From Eledone cirrhosa (taxonomy: Eukaryota), in contig OZ024742.1 in NCBI GenBank assembly GCA_964016885.1, positions 196,788,001 through 196,852,000 on the forward strand: 64,000 nt of DNA. Reading direction: 5' to 3'. A model generated the notes under the pieces. It had not been told where the DNA came from and made no database searches. It was given only the letters and a program-made list of their open reading frames with translations. The translations under genes were made by a program, and so were the position numbers. Shown here one piece after another: positions 1 through 11,311 of this stretch (position 1 is the stretch's first letter; each line of letters opens with the position of its first letter).

Positions 1-577
1 CTTGGAAATCTCAGGTCAAACTGACCTTCAGCTTATAGACTGCAGTGTAATTTTTAGAGACATTTTATAGGGAAAAGGTATGTCTAATAAGCTGTAAAAT
101 ATAGTACGTTCATTATCTTTGGAAAGAGAAGAGTATCTCTCGTAAAATAATTTGTTCTGAAATATTGCTTCATTTATGTGCCATTGAGTCTTTGATTAAA
201 GGCAAAAAATTACTACACTGGCTTTATCATAATCATCACTATCGTTTTTATGTCTATTTTCCACACTTGCATAGGTTGGACATGTCCTTTTCAGCATTCA
301 CATATAGTTGAAAATACATTTTAAAGTGTTTATATGAGGATTTACCAAGACTTGGTAAATTCTCATTTGTGAGGAATTATAGCAACGGCCCAATCATTAT
401 CCAAGTACAATACAAATCTCACATGCAACCATACACTGATCCAGTTTACCATGATTTTCACATCTATACGTACCCAAGGTATCAGTGGACACTTTTGTTT
501 CTTTGCATTTATGTATGCAAATATGGAAGGTGGCAGATCAGCAGAGTTGTTAGAATATTGGATAGGTTGCTTTACAG

Positions 578-1086
578 CAAAGGTTCTCTACGGGGGGCGT
601 TTCGGAGCTCCAGAGGGGCGTTTTTGAGCAAGGGGGCGTTTGAAGCTTTGGGTGGTGTTAGGGGGACACTGGAAGGCTATTTACTTAGGTAAGTTTTATA
701 AGCCATATTTCTACGTCTCTGAGACAGCCAGTGTGAATGCATTTGAATGAAGAAAACGAAGAAAATAAATAAAAGAAGCTTGTCAACGAATTCCCTAGGG
801 AGATAAAAGAAAAATGAAAGAAATCAAAGAAAATGAAAATAAAGACAACTTCAACTTTTACAACAGTTACAAGAACAACAGAAACGACAAGAAAAAGAAG
901 CAATGGTGATGAAAGGTGTGGGTGTATACATATACATACATACAATCATACACACACATGCATACATACATACATTCATACACACACATGCATACGTACA
1001 TACATACATACATACATACATACACACATATATACATACATACACACACAGGCCGGCGTTGGTGTTTGATGAGGTTGAGAACCTGG
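578..1086. mobile_element. Probable hAT-like non-autonomous element with internal (CATA)n/(CA)n
   Basis: Imperfect terminal inverted repeats caaaggttctct ... tgagaacctgg. Confidence 0.4.
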
Positions 1087-1555
1087 CCAGCTTTTAGCCA
1101 GAGCTGTGGTATTTAATCTCCCTAGGTAATAAAAAAAAAACATAAATCATGTCATCCCCCCCGCCAAAAAACATAAATCATGTCAACATCCTTACACACT
1201 TAAATATAAATGCATGTATATATATACAAATGTATAAATGCATAGCTATATACATAGGTAAATGTATGTATGTATATATATATATATATATATGCGCAGT
1301 GTGACAAGAAGTTTGCTTCCCAACCACATGTTTCCGGGTTCAGTCCCACTGCCCAAGCCGACCAAAGTCCTGTGAGTGGATTTGATAGACCGAAACTAAA
1401 AGAAGTGCGTCGTATATATGTATATATGTCTGTGTGTGTCTTTGCGTTTGTGTTTGCCCTCCCACCAATGCTTGTTGGTTTGTTGACGTCCTCATAACTT
1501 ACCAAGGTGATGCTCCAGCATGGGCGTAATCCAGAGACAGAAAAAAAGTAAAGTG

Positions 1556-1590
<35 letters not shown>

Positions 1591-1695
1591 AGAAGAGGGG
1601 GTCTAAAACTGAATGACATAAAAGGGTCATTACGTCCTGGAGGAGAGGCCCAGTGGGCCAAACGTGGTGGTGGATGATGATTTTCACCAGTTATA

Positions 1696-1909
1696 ATCAT
1701 TTCTACTATAGGCACAAGGCATGAAATTTAGGGTTTAGGGTCCTGTCGATTACATCAATCCCAGTTCACAACTGGTACTTAATTTATCGACCCCAAAAGG
1801 ATGAAAGGCAAAGTTGAGATCGGCGGAATTTGAACTCGGAACGTAAAATCGGAAGAAATACCGTTAAGCATTTCACCAGATGTGCTAACGATTCCACCAG
1901 CTCACCGCC
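1696..1909 (-). mobile_element. tRNA-derived SINE family A, diverged copy
   Basis: Reverse complement contains the B-box-like gagttcaaattcc and the family core ctttgcctttcatccttttggggtcgataaa. Confidence 0.8.
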
Positions 1910-1972
1910 TTATTTTCACCAGGAATCTGAAATATTGGTTCATTGACCGCATGTTTGAGCCCTCTGTTGGAG

Positions 1973-4575
1973 AGATAGATAGATAGATTTCTTTATTTTC
2001 CACAAGGGCGCACAAGAAAAGGGGACAATACAAAGACATGCCGGGGATTTTACGTACAGTCGTGTAAAAAATATAAAACAAACAATTACAACAATCGAAA
2101 TCCCCAATAGAGGGGAAGCGCCACAAATGGGTTGTTTAATACCCCGTCGATAAGAACAACCCTCAACTCCAGGAGCGTGTTGTGCAAGTGCTCCTTTCTT
2201 CCTTTTGCTCTCTTCTTTAACCTACAGGCTTATAAACAGAGAAGGCCCAATCACTCGGGCCATTTTCGCTTCATTCACCCACCTTTCAGTAAATTTACTG
2301 GGGTGCAGTGCCTCTCTCTCCGCTCTGATTCTCCTTCTAAAGTGATACTTGAAGAAGGGAATCAATTGTTGTCCGGAGAGAAAGGCATCTGTCCTCAGTC
2401 CTCTCAATCTCGTCCACCATATAACTTCTTTCACCATAGCCACTGTACAGAGGAAAACCGCCTCTCTTTCGTTTTTGAAAGAGGCTGGCGGTTTGATCCT
2501 TACTATGGAACCGGCAGTCAACTGGATTTGTCCCATATGCGACACCAATTGTTCTGCATAGTTCCACAGGTCGGTTACGCCCGGGCAGTGTACAATTGCG
2601 TGCAGGACTGTTTCAATGTCCTGCGCGCATCTTAGACACCTCCTCTTGGAAGGATCCCTGCCGAGGCGTCCGTGCCTGTAGATCTTGTCACGAACCGGTA
2701 GAGCTCCTCGTTAGCACTGCCAGGCCAGGGACCTCTGGAAGTTGTCCATAGGTCCAGGGCGGAAAGTCCTACCAAACAGACTGGTGAGCTCATCGTCTTC
2801 GACGCCCAGAGTCTCTCCGAGCACGTCTTCGCCCTTGTAACGCACAATCCTTCTATTGAATGTCGAAGTGGAGTCTCCACTGATTGTTGCGCCCGCTTGC
2901 CAGAGGACTCTGAGCGCCTGAGCGCATTCAATGTGCCAGGCGCCCATCGTTTTCGGTCTTTTCTTGACTCAGGACTGCAGCTCCGTCAGCGAGACGAGCT
3001 GTGAGAAAGCCTGTCTCACAAACGGTGTCCACACCGGTTGGGGGTCGGTGAGGAATACCTGGAGATGCCGCAGCCTCAGCGCATGTTTGCGCATCATCAG
3101 CCACGGCATTCCCAGCCCTCCGCTGGAAGGGTGCTGACAGCAGACGGATATCCTCACCAGCGGAGCCTGCTTCTTCCACAGAAACTGGAAGAGCATGCGT
3201 TCCATCTTGGCGAGGTGTTCACGGGGACAGTCAAGCGGTAGTAGATGACGGACGTTATGAAAGTGTTCGCCACCTCCGCTCGACCTTTCAAGGACAGTTT
3301 GCACTCTGCCTACTTCTGGGTGAGTGCAAACACCTTGGCCGTGACCTCGTTCCAGTTTTTCTCCACCTGGAGGTCTGGACTGAACCAGATCCCGAGCAAT
3401 TTCACCGGTCCGTCCGTCCAGCGTCCAACGACTCTGTCGGACGTCATCGGATTGCCTCTCCACGTACCGAGTTGCAAACCGACAGACTTGTCCGGGTTTA
3501 ATTTTGCTCCCGTCAGCGTTTCGTATTCTTTCAGTAAGTTGCCGATCTAGAGTCTTTTCTGGGAAAGACGATAGGGTCGACCATCGATACTTGGAAGCGG
3601 TTCTCAAGGCGGCCGGTTTCGGTCCCGTGTTCAGAGGATGGATCGAGGCAATGCACACCAGCATCTGCTCGATGGTCAAGGTGAATGGCTACCTATCGGA
3701 GCCGTTCGCAATCACGCGTTCCATTCGACAGGGGTTCCCTCTCTCCTTCATTCTGTATGTATTGACTCTAGAGCCACTACTGCGGAAATTGGAGCTGTTG
3801 CAGGGCATCCCTTAAGAACCGGGACTGCGCAAAGCGGCGTAGGCTTATGCCGACGACGTGACGGTAATGGTGTCGAGCACCTCGGAAATCGCTAGCATCT
3901 TTGCAAAAATCTTTAACTCTGTGTTGAGCAGAGTTATGGGCCTGAAGTTGTTAATTTCGTCCCCCTTGTTCTCGTCTTTCCTGATCAGCGTTACTACGCC
4001 CTTGCCTGCAGAACTGGGAATTCTCCCGTTCTGCTGCCAATTGCAGTAGACGGCTTCGAGGACGCCAGAGAACAAGTCCGGCATGCCTATGTAAAATTCG
4101 TAGGGTAGACCATCTAGACCGGGTGACTTGCGTTTCCCGCAGCGGCCCAGAGCGTCCCGTATCTCAGTGTCCGTGATCGGTCTTTCGCAGAACTCGGCGT
4201 CCGTGTTCGAGAGACGCGGCAGGCCGTCGAGGTATGAACTAAAGTCCATTGCTTCGTTCGGCTCACCGTCGTTCTGCTCAAACAGTCGCGCAAAGTGCCG
4301 CTGAAAGGCCGCGCACATTTGCTTGGGGTCAAGTAGCACGCGTCCGTTTTGGTCTTTCAAAGACCGAATCGTGGACTTGTTGCCACTTTTTGCCTCCGCC
4401 ACTCGGGCCCAGCTGACAGCTTTCGCTCTTTCGTTTCCTAGAGCACGTGTTTTGCTTCTGACCACGCAGCCTTCGTGTTTCGCGTCGAAGAACTGGTCCA
4501 GTCCCGTTCTCGACGCTAACACTCTAGGCGCGTTGCCACTAGTGGCTACTAGTTCTCTTTCCAACTCGTAAACTA
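1973..4575 (-). mobile_element. 5'-truncated, decayed Tx1/L1-clade non-LTR retrotransposon (ORF2 RT to 3' end) with an internally inverted segment
   Basis: KSPGLDGLPYEFY, NFRPITLLNTELKI, TGAKLNPDKS, GGLGMP motifs; stops and frameshifts; AATAAA followed by an (ATCT)n tail at the 3' end. Confidence 0.92.
3569..3890 (+). mobile_element. Inverted RT catalytic core of the Tx1/L1 element
   Basis: Plus strand reads DRVDHRYL...IRQGFPLS...YADDVTV (YADD at 3846-3857) while both flanks read on the minus strand. Confidence 0.92.
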
Positions 4576-4924
4576 GCCATGTTGGTGAAGAAGAGTTGGA
4601 GAAAAAAGACGAAAAGGTGTACTTGCCTTTTCGTTTCCTGGAGATCGGGTTGTTCAATCTCTCTGTCGACGTTCTTTAGCGTTCTTTCCGAACTATTCAT
4701 GTTTTATAGTTGGCAAAATTTGATATTTTAAAACAATTTTTAAATTAAATTTTCGCCCCTAAAGGGCCGAAAAATGGGATTATCACCCAGCTGACAATTC
4801 AGTTTGGGGGGTTAATCTACAAAATGTTATGTTTTTTCAAACAAGTTTTTTGAATAGAAATTAACAAAAAAGCTTACCGGCGATGTTCCACGCGCCAGGC
4901 AGATAAAGAGATAGATAGATTTAA

Positions 4925-5300
4925 AGAGATAGATAGATTTCTTTATTAGCCACAAGGGCGCAACAAGAAAAGGGGACAATACAAAGACATGCCGGGGATT
5001 TTACATACAGTCGTGTAAAAATATAAAAACAAACAATTACAACAATCGAAATCCCCAATAGGGGGGAGGCGCCACAAATGGGTTGTTTAATACCCCGTCG
5101 ATAGAACAACCCTCAACTCCAGGAGCGTGTTGTGCAAGTGCTCCTTTCTTCCTTTTGCTCTCTTCCTCAACCTACAGGCTTATAAACAGAGAAGGCCCAA
5201 TCACTCGGGCCATTTTCGCTTCATTCACCCACCTTTCAGTAAATTTACTGGGGTGCAGTGCCTCTCTCTCCGCTCTGATTCTCCTTCTAAAGTGATACTT
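4925..5300 (-). mobile_element. Second, short 3' fragment of the same Tx1/L1 family
   Basis: Near-identical to 1975-2350; flanked by (GATA)n on both sides. Confidence 0.92.
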
Positions 5301-5441
5301 AAAGAGAGATAGATAGATACATAGATAGATAGACGTGTACCAAACACACACACACATACAAACACACATTTCTTACTCTCTCTGTATCTCCCTCTTTCTC
5401 TCTCCCCTCTCTCTCTCTATATATATATTTATATATATATA

Positions 5442-5736
5442 TATAAAGAAAAAAAGATGAAATCGAAAAAGCAACTGGAGTCTTATTTAAAAAAATATAT
5501 ATATATTTATTTGGTTCCTTTACCGGTTTCCCAGTTCTTCTGCTTTTCAAAAGTAGAGTTGAGATGGAGGGTCTGTGGTTTTTCTCACATCTGAGAAAAA
5601 CCAAGACCCTCCATCTCAACTCTACTTTTGAAAAGCAGAAGAACTGCGAAACCGGTAAAGGAACCAAATAAATATATATATATATTTTTAAATAAGACTC
5701 CAGTTGCTTTTTCGATTTCATCTTTTTTTCTTTATA
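5442..5736. repeat. Near-perfect palindrome (about 145-bp arms, 4-nt loop) of a small TA-inserted element; single-arm copies at 58284-58495 and 60321-60465
   Basis: Arms 5442-5587 and 5592-5736 are reverse complements with few differences. Confidence 0.9.
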
Positions 5737-5810
5737 CTTTCACTCGTGTAGGACACCTCGGTTATTTTTCATTTTGTAAAAAAAACCTCACTTTCTAATA
5801 TATATATATA

Positions 5811-5991
5811 TATGACCCCGACGGCAGAGCTCGAGCCGTTTCGACGGTTATTTCTGGACTGAAATAGCCGTCGAAACGGCTCGAGCTCTGCCGTCGGGGT
5901 CATACATTTTCCTATTACCCACTCTACTACCCTAAGTATTGAGTACTCTGGTGGGTTATGGTCCATCTAGTTCCTTATCACAACTCCTTCG

Positions 5992-5993
<2 letters not shown>
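5811..5993. repeat. Small TA-inserted element beginning with a 44-bp hairpin; rearranged copy at 32658-32782
   Basis: Arms 5811-5854 and 5861-5904, one mismatch, loop tggact. Confidence 0.85.
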
Positions 5994-6065
<72 letters not shown>

Positions 6066-6254
6066 TCATCATCATCATCATCATTCTTAGGTCCCCTTTT
6101 CCCTGCTTGCAAGGGTGGGCTGGGAACTGATTCTGGCTTGATTTCTACAGCTGGATGCCCTTCCTAACACCAACCTCATTTACAGTAAGTGGCGGGTGAT
6201 TTTTTGCCATGGCATCTCCACGACCACTTTGCAGTGGCATGATAGGGACCCCAG

Positions 6255-6366
<112 letters not shown>

Positions 6367-6392
6367 TATATATATATAGATATAGATATATA

Positions 6393-7468
6393 TGGGTGCA
6401 TAAAAGATGTAGTGGGATCAAAGGTAAGCTATCTAAGAACATAGATTTTATATGTGGCCGGTGCTCAGGTGCAATAAGTACCAAGTGCCCACAGGATACT
6501 AGCTCCTTCTATTGCCCAGATGGCTCTATAGAAATAGTGGACATCTTCTGTTACCTGGGTGACAAAATCACCAGTGGTAGAGGGTGCTCAGAAAGTACAG
6601 TAGCCAGAGTCAGAACGGGATAGAAAAAGTTCAGAGAGCTTATACCACTATTGGCCGCTAAAGGTTTCTCTCTAAAAATGAAAGGCAGACTGTATGAAGA
6701 CTGCATACGAACAGCAATGTTGCATGGCAGTGAGACCTGGGCATTGTGTGCAGAGGATCTACGCAGTCTGGAGAGGAACGAAGCATGCATGCTCTGCTGG
6801 ATGTGTAATAGTAATATACGTGAACAGCAAAGCATAAATGAACTAAGTGAGAAATTATCTATAAGAGGGATCAGATGCTGTTTACTCGAGAGAAGACTAC
6901 GTTGGTATGGTTACGTGATGCGCATGAAAGACGACAGCTGTATAAAAAAAGTGCAGGGCGATCAAAATTGACGGTAGTTACGGAGTAGGTAGACCAAGAA
7001 AAACCTGGGACGATCTGATAAATTCCGACCTTACACACTTACACCTCTCTAAGACAATGTCACTGGACCAAGATCTTTGGCACTACACAGTAATACAGAA
7101 GACCCGCCTTGCCTAAGTACCATCCCACTACCCCAACTCCCCTACCCCCATCAACACCATCCCTTTCTCTGTAAAGTTATGTTGATACCACAACATTCAG
7201 TCCTAAATAAATTAGGTCGTGTAGGTGTCACAACAAAAAAAAACACAGTCCAGGCTGTAATGTGGCCGTGTAGGTAACACGGTAAAAACCTCCTAGTTCA
7301 CACTGTAAACGTGTTTGGTGTTAGGAAAGGCATCCAGCTGTAGAAAACCTGCCAGACAGTCCTATACGAGCGAGATGACCAATCTTGCCTCAAGTGGGAC
7401 AATTCCCATCTAAAACCATGCTAACGTGGAAGATAGACGTTAAACGATGATGATGATGATGATGATGA
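6393..7468 (+). mobile_element. RTE-clade LINE 3' fragment
   Basis: YLGD, MLHGSETW, RRLRWYGYVMRM, GRPRKTW motifs; (GAT)n tail. Confidence 0.93.
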
Positions 7469-7484
7469 TATATATCACTGATAT

Positions 7485-7890
7485 TAAATGGAAGCTATAT
7501 TTATAAAACCATATTTATTTTATTATATATATTTAAAGGTTACCAAAAACCTTGGTACGCACTCATCAGATAAAATACAAAATTTGTTTTATAAATAGTT
7601 ACATACCCAGAAACCAGACTTTATCTATCCAAACGGAATCTGAACCGATAAGGTCTGGTTTCTGGGTATGTCACTATTTATAAAACAAATTTTGTATTTT
7701 ATCTGATGAGACTGTACCAAAGTTTTTACCAAAAACTGAAATATATATAATAAAATAAATATGGTTTTGTAAATATAGTTTTCATTTATTAATATTAATA
7801 TTATACTCCAGGTAACTTGTTGAGTGCTTCGAATCTGTTATAAATAAATTTGTTGAATTACCAACAAATTAAATATCTCTTTGCTTATAT
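7485..7890. mobile_element. Penelope-type pseudo-LTR remnant arranged as an inverted repeat with two degenerate hammerhead-like cores
   Basis: Arms about 7485-7625 and 7647-7788; CTGATGA at 7703-7709 (+) and 7563-7569 (-). Confidence 0.7.
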
Positions 7891-8269
7891 ATATATATAT
7901 ATATAAGCAAAGAGATATTTAATTTATATATAAAGTGTCTTGCTCAAGGAAACAACACATCACCCGGTCTGAGAATTGAACTCACAACCTTTCGATTGCA
8001 AGGCCAATGCTCTAACCACTAAGCCATGTGCTTCCATATATATATATATGTACCTCCACATATATATATGCAAAGTGGTCGTGGAGGTGCCACGGCAAAA
8101 AAAGCACCCAGCACTCACTGTAAATGAGGTTGGTGTTAGGAAGGGCATCCAACTGTAGAAATCAAGCCAGAATCAGTTCCCGTCCCACCCTTGCAAGCAT
8201 GGAAAAAGCGGACGTAAAATGAAATGATGATGAATGATGATATATATATATAAATATATATATACATAT

Positions 8270-9295
8270 AAAGGAGCCACAGAGAAATATAAGACCCTCA
8301 TAGAACTGGACATGAAAGGAATTTGCCCATTATACAGGAGCAAATCATGGAATAGCTTAGATAAGACTAAACATAAGATGGTATGACAACCAGAGATACC
8401 AGAGTGTCATGTTCGTGGACGCTACCCCTGGAGGGAAATTAGCTAACCAGTGTAGAAAGGCCCTGAGAAAGACCCACTTAAAGATTAAAATGTTAGAAAA
8501 GCCAGGAACTATCATAAAATCCCTGATCAGCAAAACCCTTTTAAGAAAACCCACTGTACTAATAGGAAATGTGTTATATGTAAAGTAAACCCCCAGATAA
8601 ACTATAAAACTAGAAACGTATTCTATAGGATAAGATGTACAGAGGGTACTTGCAGAAACATGACTACAACATACATAGGCGAGACAGCTCGTAGCATAGG
8701 AGAAAGGATAGACCAACACTGAGGCGGGGGTGGGGGGTGGGGGGTCTAAAAGGACGAAAAAACGGTTCAGTACTATACGAACACACCAGACAACATGACG
8801 GTAACATAGACAACATAGAAATTAAAATAATATCTAAACATAGAAATGACCCAGCAGATAGGCAAATCAGAGAGGCAAGCAAAATAGAGCTTAGAAGGCC
8901 AAAGCTAAACAGAAAAAATGAATGGAATAACAACAACACCCAAACAAACAATACTGACTGAAGAGAAATATAAATAAATAAATAAATAAATATATACACA
9001 AGCACAATAACAACAAACACATATAAACACACACTAGTAAACTAAGATAGAACACAATAACCAAAACACTGTCACCCAAACGCGAACACACACCAAACAC
9101 TATACACACACACAAACGCATGCGCAGAGAAGAAGACAAAAATAAATAAACAGATAAAATAAAAATGGCGTAGATATACAATACATCAGGAGGAACATAA
9201 TAGTTCCACTGATGATGTTGCAGATGTGCAACGAAAGAACTTTGTTAGACTATTTATATGTGTTTATATCTATATTATATCTGTATTTTTGACCG
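8270..9295 (+). mobile_element. Penelope-like element 3' part: decayed GIY-YIG endonuclease plus 3' region with a hammerhead-like core
   Basis: NVFYRIRC...YIGETARSIGERIDQH (from 8615), SVLYEH...RQIREA...LNRKNEW; CTGATGA-stem-GAAA at 9209-9236. Confidence 0.88.
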
Positions 9296-9300
9296 TTGGT

Positions 9301-10731
9301 CATCATCATCATCATCACCGTTTAACGTCCATCTTCCACGCTAGCATGGGTTTGGACGGGAATTTTCCCACTTGAGGCAAGATTGGTTGTCTTGCTCGTA
9401 TAGGACTGTCTGGCGGGTTTTTTACGGCTGGATGCCCTTCCTAACACCACCCACGTTTACAGTGTGGACTGGGAGGTTTTTACCGTGTTACCTACACGGC
9501 CACATTACAGCGTGGACTGTGTGTTTTTTGTCGTGACACCTACACGCCCTCATTTATTTCGGACTGGATGCTGTGGTACCAACATAACTTTACATTGGAA
9601 GGGGTGGTGTGGATGGGGTGGGGGTAGTGGGGCCGGGTGTATTTTTGTTAGAGGTGCCTACTGACTGTAGGTTTCGCTTTGTACTTAGGCCAGGCGGGTC
9701 TTCTGTATTACTGTATCGCCAAAGATCTCGGTCCAGTGACATTGTCTTGGAGAGGTGTAAGTGTGTGAGGTCGGAATTTAGCAAGTCGTCCCAGGTTTTT
9801 CTGGGTCTGCCTACTCCGTGACTACCGTCTATTTTTATCGCCCGGCACTTTTTTATACAGCTGTCGTCTTTCATGCGCATCACGTGACCGTACCAGCGTA
9901 GTCTTCTCTCGAGTAAACAGCATCTGATCCCTCTTATTCCTAATTTCTCCCTTAGTTCGTTTATGCTTTGCCGTTCACGTATATTACTATTACACATCCA
10001 GCGGAGCATGCATGCTTCGTTCCTCTCCAATCTGCGTATATCCTCTGCACACAATGCCCAGGTCTCACTGCCATGCAACATTGCTGTTCGTATGCAGGCA
10101 TCATACAGCCTGCCTTTCATTTTTAGTGAGAACCCTTTAGCGGCCAATAGTGGTATAAGCTCTCTGAACTTTTTCCATCCCGTTCTGACTCTAGCTACTG
10201 TACTTTCAAAGCACCCTCCACCACTGCTGATTTTGTCACCCAGGTAACGGAAGGTGTCCACTATTTCTATAGAACCATCTGTGCAATGGAATGAGCTAGT
10301 ATTCTGCGGGCACTTGCTGCTACTTATTGCACCAGTGTACCGGCCACATATAAAATCTATATTCTTAGTTTGCTTACCTGTGATCCCACTACATCTTTTA
10401 TGCATCCATACTTTGCATTTGGGACATAAAATGGAATTTCTGCCTACTCCTTTCCTACACACTGAGCATGGCCATTTCCCAGATGGGACTGGTGCCCTAT
10501 TTTCCTTCCTACAAACTAGAACTTTAGTCTTAGACAGGTTAATTTTAAGGCCTTTTTATTCTAGGCCATGCTTCCATATTTGGAATTTCTACTCTATTTC
10601 GGCCATTGATTCAGCTATGAGCGTTAGATCATCTGCGTATAGGAGTTCCCATGGGCAGCCGGTCTTGAACACCTCTGTTATAGCCTGAAGGGCAATAATA
10701 AGTAGGAGGGGGCTAAGGACGGAGCCCTGAT
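9301..10731 (-). mobile_element. RTE-clade LINE 3' half (RT C-terminal part with PHD-like insert)
   Basis: QGSVLSP, LLYADDL, FRYLGD, RWYGHVMRM motifs; 290-aa open stretch 9590-10462; (GAT)n tail. Confidence 0.95.
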
Positions 10732-10893
10732 TATCAGTCAATGGTAAACATTGAGGACCAAATGAATTAACTGTGGAGATATAAAAGATACAGAAGCGGA
10801 AACCAACCAAACAGTGAGTGTGTTCTGTTATTATTTCTGGCAATATTATTACAACAATATGATCCTCCCCAAGTATAACAATATATATATAAT

Positions 10894-11293
10894 ATGGAGG
10901 CACATGGCTTAGTGGTTAGAGCATTAGCCTTGCAATCGAAAGGTTGTGAGTTCAATTCTCAGACCGGGTGATATGTTGTTTCCTTGAGCAAGACACTTTA
11001 TTTCACATTGCTCCAGTTTACTCAGCTGTAGAAATGAGATGATAGGACTGGGTTCCCTATCATTCCACTGAAAGGTTGGCGTGGAGGTGCCACGGCCAAA
11101 AAGCACCCAGCCCACACTGTAAAGTGGACGTGTAGGCGCCATGGAAAAAAAAGCACCCAGTACTCACTGTAAATGAGGTTGGTGTTAGGGAGGGCATCCA
11201 GCTGTAGAAATCAAGCCAGAATCAGTTCCCATCCCACCCTTGCAAGCAGGGAAAAGTGGACGTAAAATGATGATGATAAAATGATGATGATGA
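10894..11293 (+). mobile_element. SINE family B: tRNA-like head + CORE-like middle + RTE-derived tail. Other copies: 14593-14931 (-), 35341-35703 (+); split or partial at 6063-6254, 7930-8240, 50330-50465, 51620-51915, 62270-62700
   Basis: A box tggcttagtggttag, B box gagttcaattc, ccttgagcaagacactt core; tail matches the RTE 3' UTR and ends in (GAT)n. Confidence 0.88.
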
Positions 11294-11311
11294 TATATAA
11301 ATATATATATA

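Noticed and set aside
4690-4902. Possible Helitron-like 3' end (GC hairpin near 4877-4900)
   Set aside because: No CTAG terminus and single copy in window; insufficient support
9590-10462. 290-aa ORF as a host zinc-finger gene
   Set aside because: It is the C-terminal part of a multi-copy RTE ORF with an upstream stop
10894-10970. tRNA gene
   Set aside because: tRNA-like head continues into SINE body and RTE tail; multi-copy SINE
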